A DNA stretch of 29,321 bases from an uncultured Pseudomonadota bacterium (lineage in GTDB: Bacteria > Pseudomonadota > Alphaproteobacteria > RF32 > CAG-239), in contig CABUWG010000025.1 of the NCBI GenBank assembly GCA_902495305.1, positions 1-29,321 on the forward strand. Reading direction: 5' to 3'. Below the pieces are notes generated by a model. That model saw nothing but the letters and a program-made list of their open reading frames with translations, made no database searches and was not told the origin of the DNA. Made by a program: the position numbers and the translations under genes. Below, one piece after another: positions 1 through 9,300 of the stretch (positions within the stretch are counted from its first letter, which is position 1; every line of letters begins with the position of its first letter).

Positions 1-758
1 AATGCGGATTTTATACGAGCCAATTCTTCCGACGCTTTTCCATACCGATTAATCAGTGGTTCCAATTCCTCTATCTTCTCTACTATCCGTTTTTGTTCTG
101 CCAACGGTGGTAAAGGAATCATGAGATTATATAAACTAGATGAATTTAGCGTTTTTCCCTTAATCGCCTCTTTTGTATCCGTCGTCAATGTAGTTAAATA
201 AGGCAGAACCTTATATAAATATTTAGTTGTATTTTTCTCTATATCTATAAAAGGGAAAATGGATACTATGGCCTCATTATGAAAAGCATCCATTCCTAAT
301 ATCGAAACTTTACCTATAGTTAATTTAAAACTCATGAGCAAAGTACCTTGTCGCGAAATTCTATTCTTAAATACCTCTATATTGGCCTTTTCTGATACTC
401 CTTCTTTTGTTGAATTAATTACTTCTCCATCTATCAAATCAGCAATAGATACCCAAGGATAATTTTTTTCCCAATATTCAAAATCGTTGCGTGATGGTGT
501 TTTTCCCATAGGAAAATCAGCAATATCTCCTAATTTTACCCACATCCATGTATCCGGAATTTTAAACGGTGTTTCTGCGGAATTTATACGACCGTTTTTT
601 TTCTGCGATTTTATTTTTCCTTCTTTAATCAGCTTATTCTTTTCAGCTTGAATCCGCTCATACAGTAGGCTTGCCGGTTCGTCTGACGGATCTTGTGAAA
701 CGAGACGACCAGATATTGCGAGCTGCAGTATAGAATTTTTAAGATCAATTGCTTTCAT
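1..758 (-). CDS. hsdS: Type I restriction-modification specificity subunit HsdS (partial; 3' end runs off window start)
   Basis: The frame is open on the minus strand from the ATG at 758-756, which directly abuts the hsdM stop at 761-759, to the window edge. My translation reads MKAIDLKNSILQLAISGRLV...PFKIPDTWMWVKLGDIADFPMGKTPSRNDFEYW...ISRQGTLLMSFKLTIGKV...MIPLPPLAEQKRIVEKIEELEPLINRY. This shows a target-recognition-domain pattern followed by the conserved HsdS LPPLAEQ-KRIV spacer helix. Confidence 0.8.
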   Translation of the reverse strand, partial: MKAIDLKNSILQLAISGRLVSQDPSDEPASLLYERIQAEKNKLIKEGKIKSQKKNGRINSAETPFKIPDTWMWVKLGDIADFPMGKTPSRNDFEYWEKNYPWVSIADLIDGEVINSTKEGVSEKANIEVFKNRISRQGTLLMSFKLTIGKVSILGMDAFHNEAIVSIFPFIDIEKNTTKYLYKVLPYLTTLTTDTKEAIKGKTLNSSSLYNLMIPLPPLAEQKRIVEKIEELEPLINRYGKASEELARIKSA

Positions 759-2231
759 TTAATTTATTCCTAATATTTTTTTAATTTGAGTAATTACTTC
801 CGACATTTCAGTTTCTAACGCGGCTTTTTGTTGTTCAAACTGTTCAAACAGCTCCTTTGGTTCCAGTATAACGTTTTCTATCGTTGGATAGCCGCAAAGA
901 TCTAAATTAAAATTCCTAGTTTTCAATTCTTCAAATGAATATTTTTTCGCTTTATCAAAGCCATCTTCTTGAATTTCTTGTCTATTATTCCACCATTCTC
1001 TAACAGGATCAAAGTGTTCTAGTTGCATCGGTTTTGTTTTATTAAAAGCTTTTATGCCCTCAGGCATGTCTAATCTATAGAACCATGTTTCTTTAGTTTG
1101 ACCTTTTTTATCAAAGAACAGAAGGTTTGTATTAATGCTAGTGTATGGCGCAAAAACGCTTTTTGGTAATCTGATGACCGTATGTAAATTACATTTTGTG
1201 AGTAATTCTTCTTTAATGCGAGTTTTAGCACCACCTTCTCCGAATAGTGCACCGTCAGGTAGAACCATAGCGCATCTTCCTGTATTTTTAAGCAGTTTAA
1301 TAATAAGTACTAAAAACAGATCGGCTGTTTCTTTTGTCCTGACATGTGCCGGAAAATTAGATTCTATTCCATCTTCTTCTTCGCCGCCAAATGGTGGATT
1401 AGTCAGAATTATATCTACCTTATCTTTTTCAGAATAATCACTTAATGGACGAGCCAAACTGCCGTTTATAAAGTGTTTAATATTTGGTGCGTCTATTCCG
1501 TGTAAAATCATATTTGTTGTACAAAGAATATATGGAAGCTGTTTCTTTTCCCAACCCATAATACAGTCGTGTAGCGTATTAAAAGCTTGACCTGTTTTTA
1601 ATTGAGGATTTAGATACTTAACGGCAGAAGCCAAAAATCCGCCAGTACCGCATGCTGGGTCTAAGATTTTCTCGCCTAATTTTGGAGCCGTCATTTCCAC
1701 CATAAACTGAGTAACAGCACGTGGAGTATAGAACTCTCCAGAATGTTTATTATTTTGAAGGTCTTTTAATAATTGTTCATAAATATCCCCAAATAAATGT
1801 TTGTCGGTCCCTTTATTAAAATCAATTTCATCTATCTTATTGATAACCTGACGAAGTAATTGTCCAGATTTCATATAATTATGAGTATCTTCAAAAACAG
1901 ATCGGACCATAGCAGCATTTGGATCAGAAATATCTAATTGTTTAAGTCCAGGGAACAGTTCTTTATTTACAAAATCTAGCAACTCTTCGCCAGTTATACC
2001 TTCATCATTCTCTGCCCATGAAGACCATTTTAATTTTTCGGGAATTGGAGATACGTAATCATCGTTGATAAGAATATTTTCTTTTTCTCTATCGGAAAAG
2101 ATTTTTAAAAATAGCATCCAAGTAAGTTGTCCCAGTCTTTGAGCATCGCCATCGACGCCAGGGTCTTTACGCATAATTTTTTGAATGGATTTTACAATTT
2201 GGCTTACATTTGACATTCTATTTGCCTCCAT
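759..2231 (-). CDS. hsdM: Type I restriction-modification N6-adenine DNA methyltransferase subunit HsdM
   Basis: 490-aa ORF. It has the SAM-binding motif I DPACGTGGFL, the catalytic motif IV NPPFG and an HsdM_N-like helical N-terminus. Its start overlaps the hsdR stop by 14 nt and its stop abuts the hsdS start. Confidence 0.95.
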   Translation of the reverse strand: MEANRMSNVSQIVKSIQKIMRKDPGVDGDAQRLGQLTWMLFLKIFSDREKENILINDDYVSPIPEKLKWSSWAENDEGITGEELLDFVNKELFPGLKQLDISDPNAAMVRSVFEDTHNYMKSGQLLRQVINKIDEIDFNKGTDKHLFGDIYEQLLKDLQNNKHSGEFYTPRAVTQFMVEMTAPKLGEKILDPACGTGGFLASAVKYLNPQLKTGQAFNTLHDCIMGWEKKQLPYILCTTNMILHGIDAPNIKHFINGSLARPLSDYSEKDKVDIILTNPPFGGEEEDGIESNFPAHVRTKETADLFLVLIIKLLKNTGRCAMVLPDGALFGEGGAKTRIKEELLTKCNLHTVIRLPKSVFAPYTSINTNLLFFDKKGQTKETWFYRLDMPEGIKAFNKTKPMQLEHFDPVREWWNNRQEIQEDGFDKAKKYSFEELKTRNFNLDLCGYPTIENVILEPKELFEQFEQQKAALETEMSEVITQIKKILGIN

Positions 2232-4587
2232 ACATCAAACGTTCTAATTTTTCTATAGTATTTAAATATTCTTCATTACCGCCGATTTTTCCAAATAATT
2301 CTACAGGCCTACCGAACTTTTTCTCAAAATCTGGGGTTTCTAAAGTTTTTCTATCTTCAAACGCATAAATTCCGAATTCTACATACTTAGATAATACATC
2401 AATATAAAAATCTTTCTTTCCATCAGGTAGTTGTGCTAAAAATTCTTTACAAAAATCAGCACGTTGAAAACGCGTTATAGGTTCAATATCGTAAGTATTT
2501 TTAAGAATTATATCAAAAATATCAATATCTGCTGGATATATAGCCTTTAATTCTTTTATAATTAAACCCTCATCAATCAAATGTTTTATAAAAGCCGTCT
2601 TCTTACGAGCCCCCATCCATGCAGACCGAAAAGAATCCTCCGTATCATATCGTTTCAATATGAAATTTTTATAATAATCCTGTATATTCTCGCTTATAAG
2701 CTTTCCATTTTCATCTAACCACTGAACTCTTTTGTCTACAATAGATACAGGAACATCATCAATTACATATTTATTATTTTGTGGTTCTTCATCAATAACT
2801 TCACCACCTTCCCATTCTCCTTCTGATATTTCTTCTGGATCTTCTTCTATAGTCCATTCATCCGGTTCATCGTTTGGTTCTTCAACATCAGCACCAGCTA
2901 CAACTTTTATTTCTGTCGGATAACCATCAAATTCTGGATCTGCGAATAATTTTGTCGCCTTACGAAAATCCATGATAGTGAAGTAATATTTCTGATATTC
3001 TTCATTTACACGCGTTCCTCGGCCTATAATCTGTTTAAATTCTGTCATTGAGTTTACTGTTCTATCAAGGACAATCAACTTACAGAGCTTTGCATCTACA
3101 CCAGTTGTCATAAGTCGAGACGTAACAGCAATAACCGGATATTTTTCATCCAACGCAATAAAATTATCTAACTCTTGTTTCCCTTCTAAATTGTCACCGG
3201 TAATCTGCATAACATACTTACTATTCTCTTTCATCAGATCATCGGCAACCTTTGCTATAGCATTTCTCATTCGCATAGCATGATTAATATTTTCACAAAA
3301 GATAATTGTTTTTGCATATGGATCATTTTCACGCAGAAATTTTATAACACATTTTGCCACACATTCTGTTCTAGCATTGAGTATTATATCTTTATCGTAA
3401 TCTTTTTCCGTATATTCCTTATCAGGAATCTCATTACCATATTTATCCAATTTTCCAAATTCTGGTCTCCACCCCAAGTCCTTATCTAATATTACCCTCA
3501 TTACTTTATAAGGAGCGAGAAAGCCATCAGCGATACCTTCTTTTAAGGAGTATGTATAAATAGGTTTACCAAAATACTGACTTGTAGAAATATCTCTATC
3601 TTCTTTTGGTGTGGCGGTCATACCTATTTGAGTTGCTGAACTAAAATATTTTAGAATTTCATGCCATGATGAATTTTCTTTGGCAGAGCCACGGTGACAT
3701 TCATCAACAATTATTAAATCAAAGAAATCTTGAGAAAACTGCTTATATATATTTTTCTCTTCTTCTGTTCCCGTTACTGCTTGATACAGAGATAAATATA
3801 TTTCATAAGCCTTATCAACGCTCCTATTTTCTATCTTTGTCATAGCATTACCAAATGGTGCAAAATCTTGGACTTTTGTCTGATCTATTAAAATATTCCT
3901 ATCAGCCAAAAATAAAATACGTTTTTTTTGCTTAGATTTCCACAAACGCCAGATAATCTGAAATGCAGTATAGGTCTTTCCTGTTCCTGTAGCCATCACT
4001 AAAAGAATACGCTTTTCACCGCGAATCACCGCTTCTACAGTTTTGTTAATAGCATTTCTCTGGTAATATCTTGGTTCTTTACCAGAAGTATCTACATAAT
4101 AATCTGATAAAATATTATTACCTTCTGTTTGGGAAATTTGTTTCGCTTGCTTATATCTTTCCCACAATTCTTCAGGTGTCGGGAACTCGTTAATTGCTAA
4201 TTCTCGTTCTTTTCCTGTTAGAAAATCATGTTCATAAAAACCTTTACCATTTGAGCTATATGCAAAAGGAACATTCAAACATTCTGCGTATGCCATACCT
4301 TGTTGTAATCCATCACTCACATCTTTATGAAATTTTTTTGCTTCTACAATTGCTATAGGAAAATTCGGCTTATAAAAAAGCAAATAATCAGCTTTTTTTC
4401 TTTTACCTTTGCGGATTTCTTTATCTTTTACCATTATTCTGCCATTAGTGAATAGGTACTCCATTCTTATTTGGGTTTCAGAATGCCATCCTTTATTAGT
4501 AATAGCAGGTGTAATCTCGATACGTTTTGTATCTTCCTCAGATAAATTTTTATATTTTACATAAACATCATTCATAATGTTTTCCAC
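2218..4587 (-). CDS. hsdR: Type I restriction enzyme endonuclease/translocase subunit HsdR (EcoEI/type IB-like C-terminus)
   Basis: 789-aa ORF. The N-terminal PD-(D/E)xK-like nuclease region reads DYLLFYKPNFPIAIVEAKK. The SF2 helicase motifs are MATGTGKT (I), VDECHRG (II), MTATP (III) and QIIGRGTR (VI). The C-terminal helical region resembles the EcoEI R-protein C-terminal domain. Confidence 0.95.
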   Translation of the reverse strand: MENIMNDVYVKYKNLSEEDTKRIEITPAITNKGWHSETQIRMEYLFTNGRIMVKDKEIRKGKRKKADYLLFYKPNFPIAIVEAKKFHKDVSDGLQQGMAYAECLNVPFAYSSNGKGFYEHDFLTGKERELAINEFPTPEELWERYKQAKQISQTEGNNILSDYYVDTSGKEPRYYQRNAINKTVEAVIRGEKRILLVMATGTGKTYTAFQIIWRLWKSKQKKRILFLADRNILIDQTKVQDFAPFGNAMTKIENRSVDKAYEIYLSLYQAVTGTEEEKNIYKQFSQDFFDLIIVDECHRGSAKENSSWHEILKYFSSATQIGMTATPKEDRDISTSQYFGKPIYTYSLKEGIADGFLAPYKVMRVILDKDLGWRPEFGKLDKYGNEIPDKEYTEKDYDKDIILNARTECVAKCVIKFLRENDPYAKTIIFCENINHAMRMRNAIAKVADDLMKENSKYVMQITGDNLEGKQELDNFIALDEKYPVIAVTSRLMTTGVDAKLCKLIVLDRTVNSMTEFKQIIGRGTRVNEEYQKYYFTIMDFRKATKLFADPEFDGYPTEIKVVAGADVEEPNDEPDEWTIEEDPEEISEGEWEGGEVIDEEPQNNKYVIDDVPVSIVDKRVQWLDENGKLISENIQDYYKNFILKRYDTEDSFRSAWMGARKKTAFIKHLIDEGLIIKELKAIYPADIDIFDIILKNTYDIEPITRFQRADFCKEFLAQLPDGKKDFYIDVLSKYVEFGIYAFEDRKTLETPDFEKKFGRPVELFGKIGGNEEYLNTIEKLERLMYGGK

Positions 4588-5522
4588 ATCTTTCTTTCAT
4601 CAAAATCTTCCGGTTGAATGACCTTTACATGTTTACCCCATGTGTAAAGATGCCAATCCATTTCAAGTGCGCCACCGGCACGGAATTTTACGGTTAAGGT
4701 ACCGTCCGGATTGCGGATTGCTTCTTGCCTCGGATGAAATGTATATTGAGCCGCGGAATCTGCAACTTCTGCATCAAACAGCCATTCAACATCAAATGGT
4801 TTTTCTTGGTAAACCCCAAAGGCTTGTTCGCTGAATTCCTTAAGCGAGAAATGAGGATCGCGCTTGAAGTATGTATTTAAGACTTCAATTTCCTTGATTT
4901 TATTCAGGTTAAAGTGACACATCTTGCGCTTTGTTGGATCCCAAGCAATAAGGTAGTGTTTATTTCCATACAAAAAGCCATAAGGGTACAACTCGCGCCA
5001 GTCCTTGTTGTGCGCAGAATCATATTTTATTTTAATGCGGTTGCACGCAATAATTGCGTACCTGAGTTGTTTTAAGTGCTCGGTGTTGATGATAATCTTT
5101 GGTCCGGGCCGGAAAGCGTAACCTTCAGCTTCCAAAAGTGCTTCGGCATCCGGTTCGATCCTGTTTGTGGCATCTTTACCGATGATGGCTTTTATTTTAT
5201 GTAAAACAGTATCAACGTAGTGCGCATCTAGTATACTTTTTGTTGCCAAAAGTTTTGAAGCATTTTGCAAGGCGTGGATCTCTTCCATAGAAAAATTGAC
5301 CATTTCGCGGCCGGTCCCCTTAGGCAAATACCAACGTTTTGTATTATAACGACCGTTAATTTCTTTTAATTGAGGGTATTTATCGGCGATGGAATCTTTC
5401 ATACGAACCGCTGTCCGGAGAGAGACATCATACTTTTCCATGATGTCTTTAAGAGAAACGCCGTCATCTGTGTCCTGCATCCACAAAATCAGGTCATTGA
5501 GCGTCTGCGTTTTTTTATACAT
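4572..5522 (-). CDS. WYL-domain transcriptional regulator (wHTH-WYL-WCX, BrxR-like) heading the type I R-M operon
   Basis: 316-aa ORF. The N-terminal HTH reads LSLKDIMEKYDVSLRTAVRMKDSIADKY and the central WYL-type segment reads WRELYPYGFLYGNKHYLIAWD. Its stop overlaps the hsdR start by 16 nt, implying one transcription unit. Confidence 0.85.
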   Translation of the reverse strand: MYKKTQTLNDLILWMQDTDDGVSLKDIMEKYDVSLRTAVRMKDSIADKYPQLKEINGRYNTKRWYLPKGTGREMVNFSMEEIHALQNASKLLATKSILDAHYVDTVLHKIKAIIGKDATNRIEPDAEALLEAEGYAFRPGPKIIINTEHLKQLRYAIIACNRIKIKYDSAHNKDWRELYPYGFLYGNKHYLIAWDPTKRKMCHFNLNKIKEIEVLNTYFKRDPHFSLKEFSEQAFGVYQEKPFDVEWLFDAEVADSAAQYTFHPRQEAIRNPDGTLTVKFRAGGALEMDWHLYTWGKHVKVIQPEDFDERKMWKTL

Positions 5523-5553
5523 GTTCCGGCTCCATTCTTACTTTAGCTGGCAC

Positions 5554-5583
5554 ATTATACTCGATTCTTTTTTCAAATGTCAA
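5554..5583 (-). promoter_or_regulatory. Sigma70-type promoter for the WYL-hsdRMS operon
   Basis: On the minus strand: TTGACA (5583-5578), an 18-nt spacer, then TATAAT (5559-5554), about 30 nt upstream of the WYL ATG at 5522. The inverted repeat ATGTC-N6-GACAT (5577-5592) overlaps the -35 element. Confidence 0.5.
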
Positions 5584-5631
5584 TATGGACATGACAAAAA
5601 TTGGCAGGAATTTTAAATTTCAAAAAAGCAA

Positions 5632-5844
5632 TTACTCATACAGCCCTTGTTCAATGCAAGGTTCTTTTACGAATGGGTTCGGGTTTCCTTGGATTTCCTC
5701 AATACGCTTGGCTCGGGTGCATTCCCATGGTGTGACCAGATATCCTAGCCACGATGGGCCATCGTGACGGGCTATGCTATACCCGATGTTAACAACAAAC
5801 GCAAGGGATTTGTGAATTTTTTCGACAACTCCTGCGCTGGACAT
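5632..5844 (-). CDS. Orphan 70-aa ORF in a locally GC-richer patch; hypothetical, or a gene remnant
   Basis: ORF track only. I saw no convincing Shine-Dalgarno sequence upstream of the ATG and recognised no domain. Confidence 0.25.
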   Translation of the reverse strand: MSSAGVVEKIHKSLAFVVNIGYSIARHDGPSWLGYLVTPWECTRAKRIEEIQGNPNPFVKEPCIEQGLYE

Positions 5845-5988
5845 CTACATTTTACTGGCAGACATCCCCACCGGAATTAGAATTATACAAATAAAAAAAG
5901 GATTACAACCGCACCAAGGCAAACAGAAGTCAAAAAATGGCACAACGAGGCTGTATCATGTCAAAAATTGTCAGAGTTTAGATTTTTT

Positions 5989-6201
5989 CTACCAATCTCG
6001 TTCTTCATCTTCGCGTTCCCAACTCAGATTTCCATGTTCATTTATGGAATTGCGTTGGCCGTCATCGTAATTATCGCGCTCGATCTCTCCGGATCGGATA
6101 TAATCTTCTGCGGTGGGTTCTTGATTAAATGGACTGCGCCTTCTTGGTTGTTCGTTTGATTGATTCATAATTCCAAAAAACAATTCACTAAAAAATCCCA
6201 T
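5989..6201 (-). CDS. Small (70-aa) net-acidic hypothetical protein
   Basis: The track ORF is 5989-6234. The first ATG overlaps the predicted -10 box, so the likely start is the ATG at 6201-6199 (MGFFSELFFG...), preceded by AAAGGAA 7 nt upstream. The C-terminal half is rich in D/E (..RDNYDDGQ..WEREDEERDW). Confidence 0.5.
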   Translation of the reverse strand: MGFFSELFFGIMNQSNEQPRRRSPFNQEPTAEDYIRSGEIERDNYDDGQRNSINEHGNLSWEREDEERDW

Positions 6202-6232
6202 AATAATGTTCCTTTCTTGGTTGTGCAGAGGC

Positions 6233-6261
6233 ATTATATCAGAAAAATTATCTCAAAGCAA
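6233..6261 (-). promoter_or_regulatory. Sigma70-type promoter for the small acidic ORF
   Basis: On the minus strand: TTGCTT (6261-6256), a 17-nt spacer, then TATAAT (6238-6233). Confidence 0.45.
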
Positions 6262-6313
6262 AAAATAAAAAATATGTGATGACAGTTTATGGCATAACAT
6301 TGTAATTTTATAT

Positions 6314-6342
6314 TTGCATTTTTAAATTGAAACGGCTAAAAT
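6314..6342 (+). promoter_or_regulatory. Sigma70-type promoter for druH-druE
   Basis: TTGCAT (6314-6319), a 17-nt spacer, then TAAAAT (6337-6342), about 45 nt upstream of the druH ATG. Confidence 0.4.
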
Positions 6343-6348
6343 ACAAAA

Positions 6349-6370
6349 CGCTCGTTATAAAGAACGAGCG
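6349..6370 (+). promoter_or_regulatory. Perfect 8-bp stem hairpin / inverted repeat in the druH leader
   Basis: CGCTCGTT-ATAAAG-AACGAGCG. It lies immediately after the predicted -10 box and just before the AAGGAC ribosome-binding site. Confidence 0.35.
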
Positions 6371-6385
6371 AATAAGGACTTTTTG

Positions 6386-9300
6386 ATGCTATTGGTTGAA
6401 AATGTTTTGCATGAATTTTTAAATGATTTCTTAAATAAAAGAAATCTTCCGTTCCCCGATGGACGGATGCTTTATGCATATCAGATGAATCAACGTGAAT
6501 ATCTTGAATTAAAAGAAAAACTTAATGAACTCTGTCAAAATGAAGAATTAGTTGATTTATTAAGGAATAAAGATTTCTCAAGATGTTTTGTTTTGTATGC
6601 TTCAGAGTGGTGGAAACGTGAATACAGCGGTGGCGTTTGGTCCTGGGAACCTATATTTAAAACCATCTCTAATGATGAAATAAAAACCCATCAAGTTCAG
6701 GTTAGATCAAGAGCTATTACAGAAGCTCTAGAGTATTGGAAATACCGCAATTCACTGGCAACAGGAAAAAAATTCTTAGGTGCTATTATTGCCAATGGTG
6801 GTCTTCCTTCAAAATTTATGCAATCTGACAAGTATTCATCTATTGTTAGAGTCTTGCGCGGAATTCTAAGGTTTGCCGGCGAAAATAATGCTAATGATAA
6901 TGAATTATTTATGCGCACAAAAGAAGCAGTAAAAAAACTGCCGGAAGCAATTAGAAAAGACGAAATATGTGAGTTAATAGCAAATTTAGTCAGTACAATT
7001 ATTAAATTAAAAAGAGATTATGAACTTGAAAAAGAAACGCACCCAGTTCAAATCCTCAATCAACGTTGTCCTTCATGGAAAGAACAATTTCCTTTATTAA
7101 TGGAAGATGCTTCTGTTGAAAAAATGCTCGTTGGGTTTGTTGAAGAAGCGAGTAGAATAAACAGAAACAATGTAAGAGGTAAAATTCCATCCGTAGATCG
7201 AATTTTTGATTTTTCTGAATCTGATCAATTAAAATTTTTATTTACTTTTCCTGAATTTGATGTCTCAGCCGCGTATTTTTCAAAATTTTTTGAAATTTCC
7301 AATGCCGAGGAATTGCCACAAACATTTTATATCAATAATTTAGACCTGAAAAATACTACAGTTGCCATTGTTACAATGCAATTAGGCTCTAGAAAAAAAT
7401 ATAAAATCAAAAAGTTTGATAATAGACTAGATAATGTCCTAAATTCAGTGACAATTTCTCTGTCATCAGCAGATAACAAAATACACTCGAAATTAGTTAC
7501 AATATCAGAAAAACTTGATATCAATGCACCTTTCGTCTTTATAAAAAACGACGATGATACATTAATTTTGAAAAGTAACGGAAGTACATATTTAAGAGAA
7601 AATGAATGTTATATTGCATATAAAACAGGCATTTTTGATCTATCTGAATTTGGAACGCTTGAGCGCACTGTGCATATTGGTAATAGCGAATTGCCTTTGA
7701 TAAAATGTACTTCGGATATCGAAACGGAACAGTTCTTCGTAAAGCTGAATGCTTCTAATCCGTCAAATAATAAGTATTGTTTGGACGGTAATATTATATC
7801 TTACAAGGCTTATCCTCATGTTGCATATAAAGGTGTGCCTGAAGTGGTTTGTTATGATGAAGATGGCAAACGCGTTACAATTGCATCAAAGTATATTACC
7901 TATTACCACAAGGGGACTAATCTTCCTATCACTGATATTCAAAATTTTTCGGGAACTGTAGATATTCATTGTAACCATGGGGATATAGAAAGAGTTTATA
8001 CGGTCACTATATTCCCGGCGGATCTTGAAATAAAATTTGATGTAAGTGATGGGGAATACATAAAATTCAGTGATATGAATTGTATAAAAATTTTGCCTGT
8101 CGTTGATAAAAATGTCCAGTTCACTGAAATAGCTAAAAATGAGTTCAAATTTCATTATTTAGGCCAAAAACCTGATAAAGTATGCTTTAAAATTTATTGG
8201 TACAGTGGTGGCACATCTTTCATTTACATTCCATATCCGTGTATGGGTGTTTCATTTTTTGATGAAAACGGAAAGTGTATAGATCTTTTTAACATTTCTA
8301 TACTGCATCTAATGGATAAAAAAATCAAAATTTATAACAACCTAACGAAATCTGAAAAATATAAATTAGTTTTTAAATTAGAAAGAGCAAATAAAAAAGG
8401 AAAACAAGTAGAAAACTCTCGCCCAATATTTACTTATGATTCATTAACAGAAATTAAATTAATTGACTTTGAAGACAACATTAAGAATTTACTTGGGTAT
8501 TCTGATGACGAAAATGATTTAATCAAAGTTTCCGTACAGCTTAACAATAAGGAAATGGGGTTCATTAGAATTTCTCGCTATGATACCTATTTCGTTTTAG
8601 AAAATAGCACCATTTCTATACCAAGTGATCAATTTAGAATTTATTCTAATGAAATGTTAAAGAATACAAATGTAGTAGCAATTAATTTGCTTGATCCAGA
8701 AGTTCCTGTAATCCCGCTAGCTCAAAATACTGACAGTGGTATATTTACTGGATATTGGAACATTGAAAATCTTGATTCGTCCGCAAATACTTACATGATA
8801 ACATCTGATCAAAAATCAGATATATCTATTAAACCTTTTATTTTATGTAAAGATAAGGCTTTTGAAAGTTTATCTGATTTTCACAAAAAAATTATAATAT
8901 CAGATATTGTATCGGTAAATAGCGGTTCGACAATTACTTGCTCCTCAGATGATTTGGAGACGTATTTAATAAGCGGACTTCATTCTTATAAATCAGAATT
9001 GTGGAAAGATATTGGGGATTTGAAGCAAGTTTTTGCCACTCAGAATATTTCTTTAACCGCTCTTAAATTATGGCAGGTTCTATGTTCCAATGAATTCCTG
9101 TTGGCAAGACTATTATTGTTCTGTTCCTCGGAACGAATCATTATGCAGAAAATAAGAGATGAGCTTATCTCTGTCCCGGCCATCATCTCTTTTGCTACAT
9201 GGGAAGCGGCTATAACTGAATATTTACAATATTTGCGTGAAGCTTTTGCAAAAATTCCAGGTATGGAATCGATGCTGAAAAGTATGATATCAGAACAATT

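Noticed and set aside
595-4400. A8/T8 homopolymer runs inside hsdS (595-602) and hsdR (around 3923-3930, plus T7 runs near 4335 and 4393), considered as phase-variation switches.
   Set aside because: Runs of 7-8 A or T encoding Lys-rich stretches are expected in coding sequence this AT-rich. They are below the lengths usually associated with slipped-strand switching. Read-level length heterogeneity would be needed to support the idea.
6383-6385. The TTG at 6383 as the druH start, as given in the ORF track.
   Set aside because: The adjacent ATG at 6386 is at least as well spaced from AAGGAC (6374-6379), and ATG is the more probable initiator. The difference is one codon.
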